From an uncultured Methanosarcinaceae archaeon (GTDB lineage Archaea; Halobacteriota; Methanosarcinia; Methanosarcinales; Methanosarcinaceae): a stretch of 64,000 nucleotides of DNA. The DNA is taken from positions 640,001 to 704,000 of the forward strand of contig CAWJYV010000010.1 of NCBI GenBank assembly GCA_963847185.1, written 5' to 3'. A program made the translations under genes and the position numbers. Shown in pieces: positions 50,503 through 63,199 of the stretch (position 1 is the stretch's first letter; each line of letters starts with the position of its first letter). The notes beneath the pieces are model-generated. The model worked only from the letters and a program-made list of their open reading frames with translations, did not search any database and had not been told where the DNA came from.

Positions 50503-51027
50503 GATACTGAGGAGATTCGAGCGATCTTTAAATTTTCAGCCCGGGAAAAAAATATTATCTCCAGTTTTGGAATCCAGGGAGATATGTTTCTTCCTTTTCT
50601 GCTATCGCTAAAATCAGGAGGTTCCTGGAGTTATGCTTCAGAAGAAACAAAAAGCATTGCAGTAAAGGATGTGATCACTTATTACGATGAGGAGAGCAAG
50701 ACAGGTTATACTCTGGAAAAGATATATTTTTTTATCGATCCTGAAATCATAAAGCAAGAAGGAGTTATCCGCAGGCTGGAGAAATGCGGGACAAAAGAAG
50801 AAAGAGAACTGGTTGAAAGACCCTACAGCCTAACCCTTCAGGCTAAAAAAATTATACTTGCAGAGGTAAATCCAGGCCTCAGGGAGATAAGAGTCAAGGA
50901 GCTGGAGAAAAAAAGCATAATATTGAAAGGTACTCCGGCATACAGCGCAGCTCATGAGCTGGAACATCTTGAAAAAGGAGAAGTAAAAGGAGTTCCTATA
51001 TGGAACTTTGAATATGTTAAAGAATAG
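50455..51027 (+). CDS. Peptide-deformylase-like HExxH metalloprotein (archaeal)
   Basis: DPEII..EG...LEKC..VERP...KGTPAYSAAHELEHL. The true start is probably one of the later ATGs (50494/50500). Confidence 0.6.
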   Translation: MNMEREKEYGGREMNMDTEEIRAIFKFSAREKNIISSFGIQGDMFLPFLLSLKSGGSWSYASEETKSIAVKDVITYYDEESKTGYTLEKIYFFIDPEIIKQEGVIRRLEKCGTKEERELVERPYSLTLQAKKIILAEVNPGLREIRVKELEKKSIILKGTPAYSAAHELEHLEKGEVKGVPIWNFEYVKE

Positions 51028-51063
51028 GTAAAAATGAGCAGAGATACTCAGTAATTACAATAA

Positions 51064-51119
51064 AAAGTGAAGAATATAAAGTGAAGAATATAAAGTGAAG
51101 AATATAAAGTGAAGAATAT
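51064..51119. repeat. 14-bp tandem repeat x4
   Basis: AAAGTGAAGAATAT x4 between convergent genes. Confidence 0.95.
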
Positions 51120-51189
51120 AAATAGTGGAGAAAAGCAAAGTTTTCTCCTGATAATCATACCTTCTTCAAAAAAGAATTTTGTGACAAAA

Positions 51190-53403
51190 TTACTTTTGTC
51201 TGATAATATTCTTAACCCGTCTATCCCATTCTGTGGATTCGAAAAGTTCTCGAAGTTCTGGAGAGTCGTCAATAAAGCAGAATCCCCAGTAAACCGCAGG
51301 TAGAAACTCCCGCTTCCACTGCTCTTTTTTCTTTTTATCGAGGAACTGGTATGTTTCTGATGAAGAAAGACGGCTTACGAATCCGAGCACTTTTACAAGG
51401 TCCGGGATGTTCTTCTGGGCAGAGCCAAGTTTCAGGCATTTAAGTCTGTAATTGTCTATATTTCTGAAATCGGGATCGAAACCGAGAGTTTTTAAGATCC
51501 TGTTTTTCTCGGGATTTGAGAGACGCGTGCCTTCGTATTTAAGGGAATTTAGAGCCTGAAGTTTCAGAAGCCATTCGATTTCTCCAAAGACTTTAGGCTT
51601 ATGCTGCCTTGAAACGTCCCCTAACCTGCGGTCCTCATAGGCTTCCCGTTTTAGCTGATTTATCTTACCTGAGAGACCAGCCAGTTCTTCTGCATCCCCG
51701 GGTTCTCTAACCCTGAATCTCAGGGTAGCCCGCATAAGTTCACGTTTTTCCCGCTCAAAAGCTCCTATATCTTTTTCCTCGGTTAGAGCTAGCAGGCGTG
51801 AAAAATATTTTGCCCTTATTGCAGTTGGTGGAAGCCTTACAGGCACTTCTCTGATCTGAGCATCCTTTCCTTTACCTTTTCCGAATGTGCTGAAGTCCAC
51901 CTTATTGATCTCAATCTTTCCTTCTTTAATAGCACGGGCTGCATCTCCTTCGGAAAAGAGCTCTTCGAGACGGATTTCGGGCTGGAGCATCTGGACCTGA
52001 TCAACCTTTTCTCCGTTAAATACTCCTTCTCCAAAATGCTGGTAAAGAGAGTCAATACTGTCCGAAATCTCAAAAATATTGCCCTTCTTCTTTCCCGAAA
52101 CTGGAGAAAGCCTTGTTACCCTTCCGACCTGTTGCTCAAAAAGCCGCATGCTAAGGGTGGGCCGAAGAAGCACGAGAGCTTCAAGGCCGGGAAAGTCAAA
52201 ACCTTCAATTAGCATGCCTACAGTGCAGAGGACATAAGGAGGTTTCCCTATCTCTTTAAAAGCTGCAAGGAGGGCATTTTGTTCCTCTTTAGGCAATTCA
52301 GATGTAATAAAGGCTGCATCTTTAAACCCTCCTTTTGAGGTATAATTATCAAAATCAAGAGGAAGGACAGGATCAGGATCTTTTTCCAGCTTCTGAGCAG
52401 AGATTTCCCCATTGAAAATGGAAGCAGTAAGCTTTGCGTGGAAAGCGTTTATTTCTTCACCGCTCTCTTCTGCTCCATAAACACGTTTCCTGACAGGGGC
52501 ACAGAATACAAGAGTCTTTACGTCCCTGTGTTTTACCATAGAATCATACACATCATTTGCAAGCTGAGTTCTTCGGATTACTTTTTTCAGCTTATCTGCA
52601 GTGCTGCAGTCAAGGAAAAGGTCCTGTTTATCAAGCTCATCCAGCCCCTTTTCAAAATCAAAAATCTCAAAAATATCTTCGGAACTTTCTGCAATCGTAT
52701 ATTTAAGAGGAGCAAGCTCTTCGTCCAGGATACACTCTGGAAGCGTTTTTGCATAGATTTCCCTCATATCTCCTGCAATTTCATCCACGAACTTGACATT
52801 TCCGACAACACCCTGGAATGGAGTTGCAGTCATTCCAAGAATTTTAGTCCTTTCCCCTAATTCATTTAGAAAATCGTTCCCTTTGTTATTGATGAAATTG
52901 TGGATTTCATCTATAATTGCAAGATCAGTAAACTCAAGAATCAAATCTTTAATTTCAGACCCCTGTTTTCCAAGTACTGTTTGCAGAGATGCGAAAAGCA
53001 CAAAGCCTTTACCCGTTCCCTGCCCAATATTTTTTAAAGCTTCAGCAAGCTCTCTTCTGTCAATCTTATTTTCAGAAGAGAGGAGAGCACTGTTGGGAAA
53101 AAGAGGGTTTTCTTTCTTCCTGTCGTAATAGGTTTGACTAAGAAGAGGGTTGTTTTTTGAGACAAGGAAAAGCACAAGCTTTCCTTCGTCATAGTACTTT
53201 TTCATGATATGCTTCGAAAGAAAAGTCTTGCCCCAGCCCGTAGGAACCTTGATGTAGCCTCTTTGATAGGTTTCAAAGTATTGCAGAATATCCTCAAAAA
53301 TTTTCTTCTTATCTTCCTTCAAGGGCTCGAGCTCGACGGTTTCCATACCGACTGCTGCTTTATTTGAAATTGTCATTAATACGCTGTCCTTAAAACTTGT
53401 CAC
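51190..53403 (-). CDS. SF2 DExH helicase (ResIII/Helicase_C type)
   Basis: PTGWGKT, DEIH, TAT, MLIEGFDFP, QQVGRVTR. Confidence 0.9.
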   Translation of the reverse strand: MTSFKDSVLMTISNKAAVGMETVELEPLKEDKKKIFEDILQYFETYQRGYIKVPTGWGKTFLSKHIMKKYYDEGKLVLFLVSKNNPLLSQTYYDRKKENPLFPNSALLSSENKIDRRELAEALKNIGQGTGKGFVLFASLQTVLGKQGSEIKDLILEFTDLAIIDEIHNFINNKGNDFLNELGERTKILGMTATPFQGVVGNVKFVDEIAGDMREIYAKTLPECILDEELAPLKYTIAESSEDIFEIFDFEKGLDELDKQDLFLDCSTADKLKKVIRRTQLANDVYDSMVKHRDVKTLVFCAPVRKRVYGAEESGEEINAFHAKLTASIFNGEISAQKLEKDPDPVLPLDFDNYTSKGGFKDAAFITSELPKEEQNALLAAFKEIGKPPYVLCTVGMLIEGFDFPGLEALVLLRPTLSMRLFEQQVGRVTRLSPVSGKKKGNIFEISDSIDSLYQHFGEGVFNGEKVDQVQMLQPEIRLEELFSEGDAARAIKEGKIEINKVDFSTFGKGKGKDAQIREVPVRLPPTAIRAKYFSRLLALTEEKDIGAFEREKRELMRATLRFRVREPGDAEELAGLSGKINQLKREAYEDRRLGDVSRQHKPKVFGEIEWLLKLQALNSLKYEGTRLSNPEKNRILKTLGFDPDFRNIDNYRLKCLKLGSAQKNIPDLVKVLGFVSRLSSSETYQFLDKKKKEQWKREFLPAVYWGFCFIDDSPELRELFESTEWDRRVKNIIRQK

Positions 53404-53774
53404 TTTATAATTTTTTTAATTAATTTTAAAAACCAGAAAGTACCTTTCAAAATGGTTTCTGGGAAAGTGGTATAGCCCATGCAACAGGAAAATATTGCAT
53501 GTAACTGTAAATCTTATAAGAAGTAACCCCGCAAATTACGATAACTTATAAATAGCTTATAAAAAATTTCAGTTCAGAAAACTTCAGCTAACTTCTTTCT
53601 GTCCAGAACCTGAAAAGAGTGATTCTGGAACTGCCTTTATTTAAAAGTAATCCCTTTTTAATAATAAGAACTACGTCAATATATATTTTATGGCAAAAAG
53701 TCAGAGGAAAAGGGCAAATAAAGAGTTTTTCAGGTTCTTTACTGCACCTTTCCCCACTAAATTTTTTGGAAAAC

Positions 53775-55682
53775 TTAAAAGAACTTTGGCCTTGCAGTAA
53801 GATACTTTGCAAGAGGCAGTTTTCTATACGGTTTACCTGTTATTTCGCCTCTGACCCTCTTATTGAGTTCTTCCGGAGTTATCTGCACTTTTGCAGGCTT
53901 ATTCTGCTCGGATTCGGCTCTGATGGTTACGTTAATAGTGCCTTCTTCAATTTCTTTATCTCCAATAACCACTACATAAGGAATCCATTCTCTACCTGCT
54001 TCCCTGATTTTCTTCCCTATGGACAGGTCGCGGTCGTCAATATCAACCCTGAAGTCAAGCTTGTTTGAAATTTCCTCGGCAAAAGCAATATGTTTCTCCG
54101 AAACCGGTACGATTCGGATCTGGGTAGGAGAAAGCCAGACCGGCAGCATAGGAACCTTTCCTTCTTCGGTTTCCATTGCAGCCTTTTCAAGGAGAGCGTA
54201 AATACAGCGTTCAATTGCCCCGCTGGGAGAACAGTGAAGGACAGTTGGCCTTTCGAGTTTACCGTCAGTACTCACATAAGAAATATCATACCTTTCGGCA
54301 TTTTCTACATCTATCTGGACTGTTGAGAGTGCGCTTGCCTTGGCAAGAGCATCTACAAAGTTGAACTCGAACTTGAGCACGAAATAGAAGAAACGGGTGT
54401 CCCACATCTCTATAAGCACGGGTTTGTTGACAGTCTTTGCCATACTTACTACAAGCTCTTTATTAGACTCGTAAAAGTCCCTGGTAAAGCGGATGGCAAC
54501 TTCATAATCGTTAATATGAATTCCCATATTCTCAAGCACATCGATGCAGAGGTCATACTGCTGCTTGAACTGGTCCACAGCCTGGCCCATATCTTCACAG
54601 AGCGTATGCATGTCAGGCATGGTAAAAGCTCGAAGCCTTCTTAAACCCACGAGCTCTCCCCGCTGTTCCTTTCTGAAACTGTAGCGGGTCATTTCGATCA
54701 TCCTGAGAGGCAGGTTCTTGTAGGAGATCGTCATGTCGTGGTTCATCAGGAATTGCCCGAAGCAGGCTGCAAAACGCAGGAACATCTGCCGCTTATCAGA
54801 CTCTATAGAATACTGTCTTGCAGGGAACCTGTCAAGGTATTTCTTAAGAGTCGGATGATTCATGTCGTACATGAGAGGAGTTTCAACTTCCATTGCCCCG
54901 AACTCGGTTGCGACATCAAGAACATAATTTTCAAGAAGGGATTTCACAAGCCTTCCTTTAGGATAATAGCGCATATTTCCAGAATCTGAACCTGGCTCAT
55001 AATCCGCAAGCTCAAGCCTCCGCATAAGCTCAACATGAGGAGGAGCTCTCTCAACAGCCCTGTTCTTGGAAATTTCATAGTTAACAAACTGCTGGAGTTT
55101 TGGATAAGGAGTAAGGTCAAAGCCTTCAACTTCATGAAGCTCTCCATCAGGAGTCAGGATGCGCCAGTAAGATCTTGCAGCTCCTTCAGCTTTCAGGGCT
55201 TCGGAAACAACCTCTTCTTTTTCACCTTCAACTTCGACTTTGTTTACTTTTTTTACAGCCCCCTCAGGACGGATGCTTCTGGAAAGTTCGGAAAGGGGAT
55301 GTCCTTTACAGCTTATAGTGAAAGCCTTATACCATCCGAAAGGAGCACGTTTAACCTCATATTTTCCCGAGAGAGCAGCTTCAATACCTTTTAAGACCTG
55401 AACTGCAATTTTCGGAGAGGAAAGGTTAGAGCTTAAGTGGGCGTAAGGATAGAGCATTATACGGTCTGTTTTGACCTGGGCTGCTACCTTTTCGATTTCA
55501 GAAACAGCCTTTTCTATAGCTTCTTCAGGATTTGCTTCATCTACGCTTTCCACAGCCGTGAAAACGGTAAGCGCTTCCTCAAGCCTTCCTGATTTCAGGG
55601 AATCTTCAATTTTTTCAGCAACTGGAGTTTGTTTTTTGGTTTCGTATTCGATATAATCAGAGTGAATGAGCAATAACTGCAT
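53775..55682 (-). CDS. thrS: Threonine--tRNA ligase (archaeal type, with DTD-like editing domain)
   Basis: [62 protein letters not shown]. Confidence 0.97.
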   Translation of the reverse strand: MQLLLIHSDYIEYETKKQTPVAEKIEDSLKSGRLEEALTVFTAVESVDEANPEEAIEKAVSEIEKVAAQVKTDRIMLYPYAHLSSNLSSPKIAVQVLKGIEAALSGKYEVKRAPFGWYKAFTISCKGHPLSELSRSIRPEGAVKKVNKVEVEGEKEEVVSEALKAEGAARSYWRILTPDGELHEVEGFDLTPYPKLQQFVNYEISKNRAVERAPPHVELMRRLELADYEPGSDSGNMRYYPKGRLVKSLLENYVLDVATEFGAMEVETPLMYDMNHPTLKKYLDRFPARQYSIESDKRQMFLRFAACFGQFLMNHDMTISYKNLPLRMIEMTRYSFRKEQRGELVGLRRLRAFTMPDMHTLCEDMGQAVDQFKQQYDLCIDVLENMGIHINDYEVAIRFTRDFYESNKELVVSMAKTVNKPVLIEMWDTRFFYFVLKFEFNFVDALAKASALSTVQIDVENAERYDISYVSTDGKLERPTVLHCSPSGAIERCIYALLEKAAMETEEGKVPMLPVWLSPTQIRIVPVSEKHIAFAEEISNKLDFRVDIDDRDLSIGKKIREAGREWIPYVVVIGDKEIEEGTINVTIRAESEQNKPAKVQITPEELNKRVRGEITGKPYRKLPLAKYLTARPKFF

Positions 55683-55940
55683 TCGATCACCTGTCTGGTC
55701 AGTGAAATATGGTTCCGAATCACTTCGGTTCTGAATCAAATAATTGACTTATTTCAGGACTGTCTGCGGTCTGTACCCGTTGGCAGATCTTGATTAAAGT
55801 AATAAAGAAGAATATATGAAAGTCCTAACATCCTGCAATGATATAAAGCAATCCCTTTCGACTGATATTTATTAATTTAACCTGAAAAACTTTCTCACGT
55901 TTTCTGGATTTTTCAGCTTACTTTCCTTGATCTTTGGAAA

Positions 55941-57146
55941 TCATTTTTCAGATTCTGCCCTGCACCTTTTGGGGTTTGGAAGATACATGTTAGAATCTAT
56001 CAATTCCGGATGGATGTGTTCCTGATAAACTCTGTAAGCTGCAACCAGTGCTCCCAGGATGATAGGAGCCGCAAAAAAACCTGCAATTCCTCCAACGAAA
56101 GCTCCTCCAAGGAAGGCAAGCATTAAAGGCATGGGATGAATTTTGGATTTCATACCTGTAAGATAAGGCCTCATGATCAGTTCGGGAGGGCCATAAATTA
56201 CAAGAGAAGAAACCACCAGGAAAAGAACTGCACTTTCAAATCCCTGCTCAATATAGCGCATTAAAGCCAGGGGTACCAGTACCATATATCCTGCAAAAAG
56301 AGGGATTAGTGAGGCTATGAAGATCAGGGTTGCTAACGCCAATACATGAGGAAATCCAAAAAAATAGAAAACGAAAACCGAAGTAACGCTTACTATGAGG
56401 GCAGAATAAGCATTACCGATGAAAATTCCTCCAAGGATTAGATCCAGGTGACATGCGTAACGGTTTACCACTCTTTTATATTCTTTAGGAATAACTCCAA
56501 GAAAAGCACAATAAAGCCTGTCTCCGTCAGCAAGTATAAAATAGCAGAAAATGATCGAAACTATGAAATTAATGATAAAGAGACCGATGCTTTGAGCATA
56601 TGAGATTAGCCCTATACTGCCAACTGCGGGAAGCAAAGATTTGAAAAGATCCCAGATGGCATCATTGATACTTTGTAGAAGTTTTTCCGGGATTTGAAGA
56701 GCACTTATAAAATCAAAAATTGCGCCTATAACTGCATTTTGATTGTCAAGAATCCAGGATATCTGATTAAGGATTTCAACAATGCCTGCTCCTACAATGA
56801 ATACTATAGGGAAAAAAATACAAAGACTGGCAAAAAGAGCCCCAATTTTCTTGTGCTTTTTAAATTTTACACAAATAGGCCTTGCGATGTAAGCAAAGAC
56901 TAGGCCAAGTACAATTCCGTCTGCTAGAGGCAGTAGGATTATAATAGCAAAATATAAAAGCACCGCTACTGCCAGAGCCGCTCCAATTTTCCAGCGACTG
57001 GCGACTAATTTATCATAACCATCCAGAGATCTAATTCCGGTTCTTGGCTTATCCGAGCTTGCATCATGAGACATGCTGCAATAGTGTATGAAACAGTTTA
57101 TATAAATAATTAGCCTGTAATGATGAAAACGATGTCTGGAAACCAA
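55941..57146 (-). CDS. AI-2E family transporter
   Basis: FAYIARP, RPYL...IHP...GFFAAPII. The start may lie downstream (~57075). Confidence 0.85.
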   Translation of the reverse strand: MVSRHRFHHYRLIIYINCFIHYCSMSHDASSDKPRTGIRSLDGYDKLVASRWKIGAALAVAVLLYFAIIILLPLADGIVLGLVFAYIARPICVKFKKHKKIGALFASLCIFFPIVFIVGAGIVEILNQISWILDNQNAVIGAIFDFISALQIPEKLLQSINDAIWDLFKSLLPAVGSIGLISYAQSIGLFIINFIVSIIFCYFILADGDRLYCAFLGVIPKEYKRVVNRYACHLDLILGGIFIGNAYSALIVSVTSVFVFYFFGFPHVLALATLIFIASLIPLFAGYMVLVPLALMRYIEQGFESAVLFLVVSSLVIYGPPELIMRPYLTGMKSKIHPMPLMLAFLGGAFVGGIAGFFAAPIILGALVAAYRVYQEHIHPELIDSNMYLPNPKRCRAESEK

Positions 57147-57819
57147 AGCAAATAAAAAAGTAATTTTACCGCTAGTGTCGCGTCAATATCCACGACTCTG
57201 CGGTCTATTGGGAGTGATCTACATCACCTTCCTTGATTTTAATTTAAAATTTGATCTATAGTATACTTTGGAATCAATTCACTTGCAACAAAATTCGTTT
57301 TTATAGCTGACAAAAATCATTCATCCGATCTTAAAGTAAGTTGGGTCCCCTCTTAAAATTCATAGAAATGAACAAAAATCAGAACTGTCATTAATTCGAA
57401 TTACTTGTTGCTGTCAAAAAGGGAACCCTAAAACATATTTAACCTGCAGTTTATCCCATTTCGATTCTAAATTTCTGGCCATATACTTATATAAATATAT
57501 TAAATAAACAAACTTATTTATATTTAGACAGCTTTTATTATATTTGGCAGTAAGTTTTACCCTGTGCGCACCTAACCTGCAAAATAAGTGAACATCCAAT
57601 CGCATCACGTAAGCAGGGTAAAAAGTTTTGCTCCCACGGTCTTTCGTATAAGCAGGAGAAGGACCATGGGAGCTAATACCATCCCACCTCAAAAAGAGAA
57701 AGGAAGCTTTCTTAAGGTCTGCTTCCTTACCACTCCATGTTTGAACAACTTAAAGGATGACCATTTCTGATGCAACAGGAATGATCATCTTTTAAACGCA
57801 TCTTTCCACTTTTCCAACA

Positions 57820-58158
57820 TTAAAGATATTTTTGAGATTTTACATTTCCCGGAATAATTCTGGCCCGTAAAAAATCAGGATGTATTTCATCAAGAAATTC
57901 ATCACCATATCCTTCAAAATCCAAAAAACTCTCTATCAGACTTTTGTGACTTGCCCTGCTGACGATGTTGTTGGTTATATAATCAAATTTAATCCATCCA
58001 TCGTCCAATTTCTTTGCTCTTCCTGCTTGAGCAAGAACTTCCAGGTGTCTCTTTGGAGTACTTCTGGCAACTCCTAATTCTTTAGCGATCTGAGATGCTG
58101 ATTTTGGTGTTTCTGCAAGAGTCTTGTATACTGTTTCCTGTGATATTTTTTGAGTCAT
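57820..58158 (-). CDS. Winged-HTH (ArsR-like) small protein, possibly a remnant
   Basis: PKSASQIAKELGVARSTPKRHLEVL. Confidence 0.55.
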   Translation of the reverse strand: MTQKISQETVYKTLAETPKSASQIAKELGVARSTPKRHLEVLAQAGRAKKLDDGWIKFDYITNNIVSRASHKSLIESFLDFEGYGDEFLDEIHPDFLRARIIPGNVKSQKYL

Positions 58159-58249
58159 CTTATACAGTAATACAGATTGAAAATATTTATACAATTTGTT
58201 ATTATGCAAGTATAGTTATAGTTTCTTTTTTAGAATAATCTATGTTTTA

Positions 58250-61200
58250 TTACACTGTAAACCTAATAATGAATTCCGTCCCATTATCCCTTTTTAGTTC
58301 AAGTTCGCCTTCTAACTGGTCTATAAGAGTAGTTACCAGTTGCATGCCAAGACCGCCAGGATTTTCCAGATCAAAACTTTCAGGCACACCTACCCCATTA
58401 TCTGAGACGGTTAGAATAAATCTGGTGCCTTTCAAGTCCTCATTATTGTTTCCTGCTCTATTATCTTCACTCTTTCGGGATTCTTCTCCATAAAGTTTGA
58501 TTTGAATCTCCCCTTTATGTCTGTTGGCAAACGCATGTTTGAGAGCATTTGAAACAAGTTCGTTGGTGATTATGCCTAATGGAACTGCAGTATCCATGTC
58601 AAAGAAAATGTTTTCTTCCAGATCCATGTTTAAGCTAATATTAGCATTTCCAAATCTGTATGTCTGGAAAAGACTCTCAGTGAGTTCCTGAAGGTACGAC
58701 GAAAAGTCCAGTGTATCGACTCCTCCACCTTTGTACAGTTCCTCGTGAATAAGAGCCATAGATACTACTCTGTCTTGGCTTTCCCTGAATGCTCTAAGGA
58801 CTTCTGAATCCTCAATACATTCCCTATTGTTGAATTTTTCAGCCTGAAGGTCGAGAAGGGAGGAAATTACCTGCAGGTTGTTCTTGATCCTGTGATGGAT
58901 CTCCTTTTTACGGGCAGTTTCAATATTCGCAAGGAACTTTTCTGTCTCTTTCCTTTCGGTCACATCATAAATCGTACTCTGGTAGTATCCTGGCTTTCCA
59001 TTCTTTCCCTGGATTTTCTGGTAGATTTCATGCACCCACCTGATTTTTCCATCCTTGTGTATCAGGCGGAAATCAATTTCTCCGTAACCTGTAGATGGAG
59101 CATTCCGAACCTCTTCCTCTGCTTTGAGGACGAGTGACAGGTCATTGGGGTGAATGATATCTTCCCACCGCACTTGGGATATAAAATCTTCTTCAGTATA
59201 ACCGGTGATCTTTTCAACAGCTCCTTGCAGAAACACAGGAATGAAATTCTCATCCTCTTGAAAAACAATTCCCTGGAAATTCTGTATAATAGAGCGGTAC
59301 TTCATCTCACTTGTTTCGATCTTTTGTATGGCATATTTCCATTCCGTAATGTCTTTCAGTACCCCAATGGCTCTGTATACCTTACCTTCGTCATTTTTCA
59401 ACCAGACTCCCCGGATCTCCATATAGATGTAGTTTCCATCTTTTTTCCTGAACCTGAACTCTGCCTGAATTTCCCCTAATTTCCTGAAGAAATTCTTCAT
59501 ATTTTTGATCATCTTGGCCCTATCTTCAGGATGTATATGTTCTATCCAGACCGATTGATCTAAGTTCTTTAACTCTTCCGGACTGTACCCTGTTACTTCC
59601 TGTGTGGCTCCTGCCCACCTGGTTTCACGTGTTTCGAGATTGAAATCGAATACAACCTGCCCTGTCTGCTCTGTCGCTATTCGATATCTTTCCTCACTTT
59701 TCTGAAGCTGGATATCTGCAATCTTGGCACCTGTAATGTCTTTCAGTACTCCAAGAGCCCTGTAAGGCTGACCCTCATGATCCGTAAGCCAGATCCCTTT
59801 GTTTTCCACATAAATGTAAGTCCCATCTTTTCTTCTCAATTTTAATTCTTCCTTATACCGGCCTCCGGTCTTTCTCGTTTTCCTGGAATTTTCCATCTGT
59901 AGTATTCACATCTGCGAGCTGAATATTCTTAATCCAGACATTCTTGCCAAATTTCTGAAATTCTTCAAAACTATATCCTGTAACTTCTTCTATGGCACCT
60001 GCCCAGCTGCTCTTATCTGTTCTTAGATCATGATCGTACACGAGCTGTCCTGTCTGTTCTGTGACAATCCTGTATCTTTCCTCATTTTTCTGAAGTTTTT
60101 CTTCTACTTTTTTTCTTTTAGTTATATCTCTGGCAATAATTGAGATCGCGGTCAGCTTTTTAGAGACGTCAAAAATCGGAGAAAGAGTTAGTGAAACATT
60201 TAGTATAGTACCATCTTTTTTTAACTGTAAAGTCTCATAATTGTGAATTTTATCTCCCTGTTCAATCAGTTCAACTATAGTCTTCAACGTAACTTATTAC
60301 ACGTATTAACACCTATCTACTTATATGGTGGGGAAAGAACACATTCCAATTGATCAAAAATTAGCTCTTGATGAAATCAACGTTTTAATCAAACATGAAA
60401 CCAATTCAAGAGTACTTAAAAGGCTCTATTTTGTAAAATTTAGATTTTAAGGGGATTCAGTAGAAGAAGCCGCTACTAAAGTTGGAGTTACTAAGAAAAC
60501 AGGATATTACTGGCAAGATGCCTGGAATAAAGGCGGCTATGCCGCCTTAATACCAAATTTTGGTGGGGGTAGAAAATCCAAGCTTACCGATGATCAAATA
60601 AAAGAGTTAAGAATCTTGCTGGAAAAAAAAGATCATTGGACTACAAGAGAAGCTTTGGAGTTAATAAAGGAAAAATATGGGGTAGAGTATTCACAGAAAC
60701 AAGTAGGAGTTATACTGCATAGTTTTAACATGTATCATTCAAAACCATATACTCTTGACTACAGAAGACCTAAAAATGCTGAGGAAATTTTAAAAAAAGT
60801 TAATAGAAGCAATTCCAGCATATATTGGTCCAGATTATCAATATCTTATAGGTTTTTTGGATGAATCCTCACCACAAACAAAAGCAAATACGCAACGATT
60901 ATGGTCATTTAAAAAGCCTTTGATAACAAAAAATACAGATTATATAAAAGCAAATGCGTTTGCATTCTATTCGATTAATGGTAGAAATCTCATCGATTTT
61001 ATGGAAAGTTCAAAAGCAGAAAATGTATGTGAATTCCTTGAGAAAATTGTGGAACAGAATTTAGGGAAAAGAATAATTCTTGTTCTGGATAATTCGAGGT
61101 CACATCATGCTGATAAAACGGTAAGGAAAGCAAGAGAATTAAATATAACACTTGTATTTCTTCCTCCTTATTCACCAGATCTAAATCCTGTAGAATTTGT

Positions 61201-63089
61201 ATGGAAAACGATTAAGAGAGAAGTATCTATTAGATTTATTCAATCAAAAGAACATTTAAAAACGATTATCAAAAATGAATTTATGAAAGTGGAAAACTCA
61301 TTATCATTTGCAAAGAAATGGATGGAAACATTCAATCCACAAATAAAAAGTGTAATTTGTTGAGTCAGGAACTATAATTCTTTTATTTCCTCACTCACTA
61401 TGGGCGGTTCCAGGATAGATATGGGCTTTCCAAGAATTTCGTCAGCTGAATAACCGTAGATTTGCTCCGCACTTTTATTCCAGCTAGTAATAATGCCATC
61501 AAGGGACTCAGTTATAATGGCATCATTTGATGACTCCACAATACTTGCCAGGCTCCGGATTTTCTCTTCTGCTTTTTTGTTTTCGGTGATATCCCTAGTA
61601 ACAATAACTACTTCCCCATCAGAAAAAGGCAGAGCGGTTGCACTTACATCTGTCCAGATGATGCTTCCTTCTTCCTTGATTACGCCTATTTCTGAACTCT
61701 GAATCGACCCTTTCTCTTTCAAAGCCCTTACACTGGGTAATTCCTCAGCCGGCATCTCTGTGCCATCTTCCCTTAGATATTTTCGAGTTCCATACTTTCC
61801 TTTGAGCAAATCTGATCTGGAGAGTCCCAAGATATTTTCCAGGGCAAGATTTACATCCAGAATATTTCTTTCTTCATCAGTGACAGAAACTCCAACAGGC
61901 AGCAGATTAAAAAGAGCTTTCAATTTGCCCTCACTCTCTTTTCGCATCTCTTCTGCCTCTTTGCGCTCAGTAATATCCTGAATTGTTCCTCTCATTCGAA
62001 CAGGGATATTTTTCTCATCAAAAGCAACTTCACCTCGTGAATGGACTATGCGTTCTTTCCCATTAGCTAAGACTATTCTATAGTCAATGTCTGAGGGCTC
62101 TCCAGTTAAAAGCTTCTTTTAATGGCATTATCTACATTCTCTCGGTCTTCAGGATGTACATAATTCAAAAATTCATCGTAAATTGCGCCAGATTCTTGAG
62201 GATTACGTCCAAAAATACGATAAAGTTCTTCAGACCAGTATACTTCACCTGTTATGAGATCCCAATCCCAATTCCCAATATGAGCCATTTTTTGAGCTTC
62301 AGCAAGACCCTTTTCGCTTTCTTTCAAAGAATTGTAAGCCTTCTCAAGTTCTGCCGTACGTTCTTTAACTAGTTCCTCTAAATTGTCAAGTGTTTCTTTC
62401 AATTTAGCTTCTGCTTCTTTTCGGATGGTGATATCAGTGAGCATGCTGATGGAACCTGTAAACTCGCCATCTTTATCGAAAACAGACTTAGCATTTATAA
62501 GTGTCCATAAAGGCGAGCCATCCTTACGTATTAATTTGGATTCGTGACTTTCATCAATACCCTTCAGACTCTTTTTCATATTCAGTTTGATAATAACCTT
62601 ACCTTCTTCATCGACAAAGTCACACGCAGATTTACCAATCATTTCACCTTGAGTGTATCCTAACATCTCTGCCATTCTCTTATTTACGTAAGTAGTCATG
62701 GCTTCAGCGTCAACTATCCACACACCTTCATTGGTCGTCTCTATGATATTGCGGTACTTTTCCTCGCTCTCTCGAAGTTTTTCTTCAAGCTCTTTTTGCT
62801 CGCTTATATCAAACCCGTAAATGTTTACACACTCTTCTTCGGGTAAGGGATGAAAAGCGACCAGATATATTTTATTTCCAACTTTAACTTCTATTTTTTC
62901 CGGGTTATTCCGTGAAATTACCCTTTGCACAAAATCTACAATATAGGAAGGCAGTTTTTCCCCCACTCGTATGCCCCATTCATGCAATAAGGGCTCACCT
63001 GCTCCATTAGAGTAAAGAACCGTCCCATTCTTTTCCACACTGAGCACAGGATTCGGGTTCTTTGCCGGAAATTGCTCCATTTTTTTCAT
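58250..63089 (-). pseudogene. Large multi-PAS HisKA_2 histidine kinase broken by two frameshifts (~62110, ~59897) and an IS630 insertion
   Basis: Fragments 62106-63089, 61372-61995, 59853-60287 and 58250-59896 form one collinear PAS-kinase. Removing the IS restores ...EIKELVELI... Confidence 0.88.
60278..61374 (+). mobile_element. IS630-family element (two-ORF type), probably inactive
   Basis: TA duplicated at 60276-77 and 61375-76. OrfA starts at ATG 60325 with an internal TAA at 60448. A7 slippery site at ~60792. OrfB has DESS..VLDN..H..PPYSPDLNPVE. Confidence 0.92.
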
Positions 63090-63199
63090 TTCTCTTCCCC
63101 AGGATCTTCTTCTTTGATGGCAATGTGCCCATCTTCAATGAGCAGAATAAATAGATATTTTTAACTATTACGACTCTTTTCATTCCTTCTGTTCTTATG

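Noticed and set aside
51190-53403. SF2 helicase as part of a defence system
   Set aside because: No adjacent DNA methyltransferase, nuclease or other defence gene; it sits next to housekeeping thrS.
57173-57800. IS630-like end (TAGTGTCGCGTCAA) and a 92-aa ORF
   Set aside because: Only a short match to the 16186 end, with no partner end or transposase motif.
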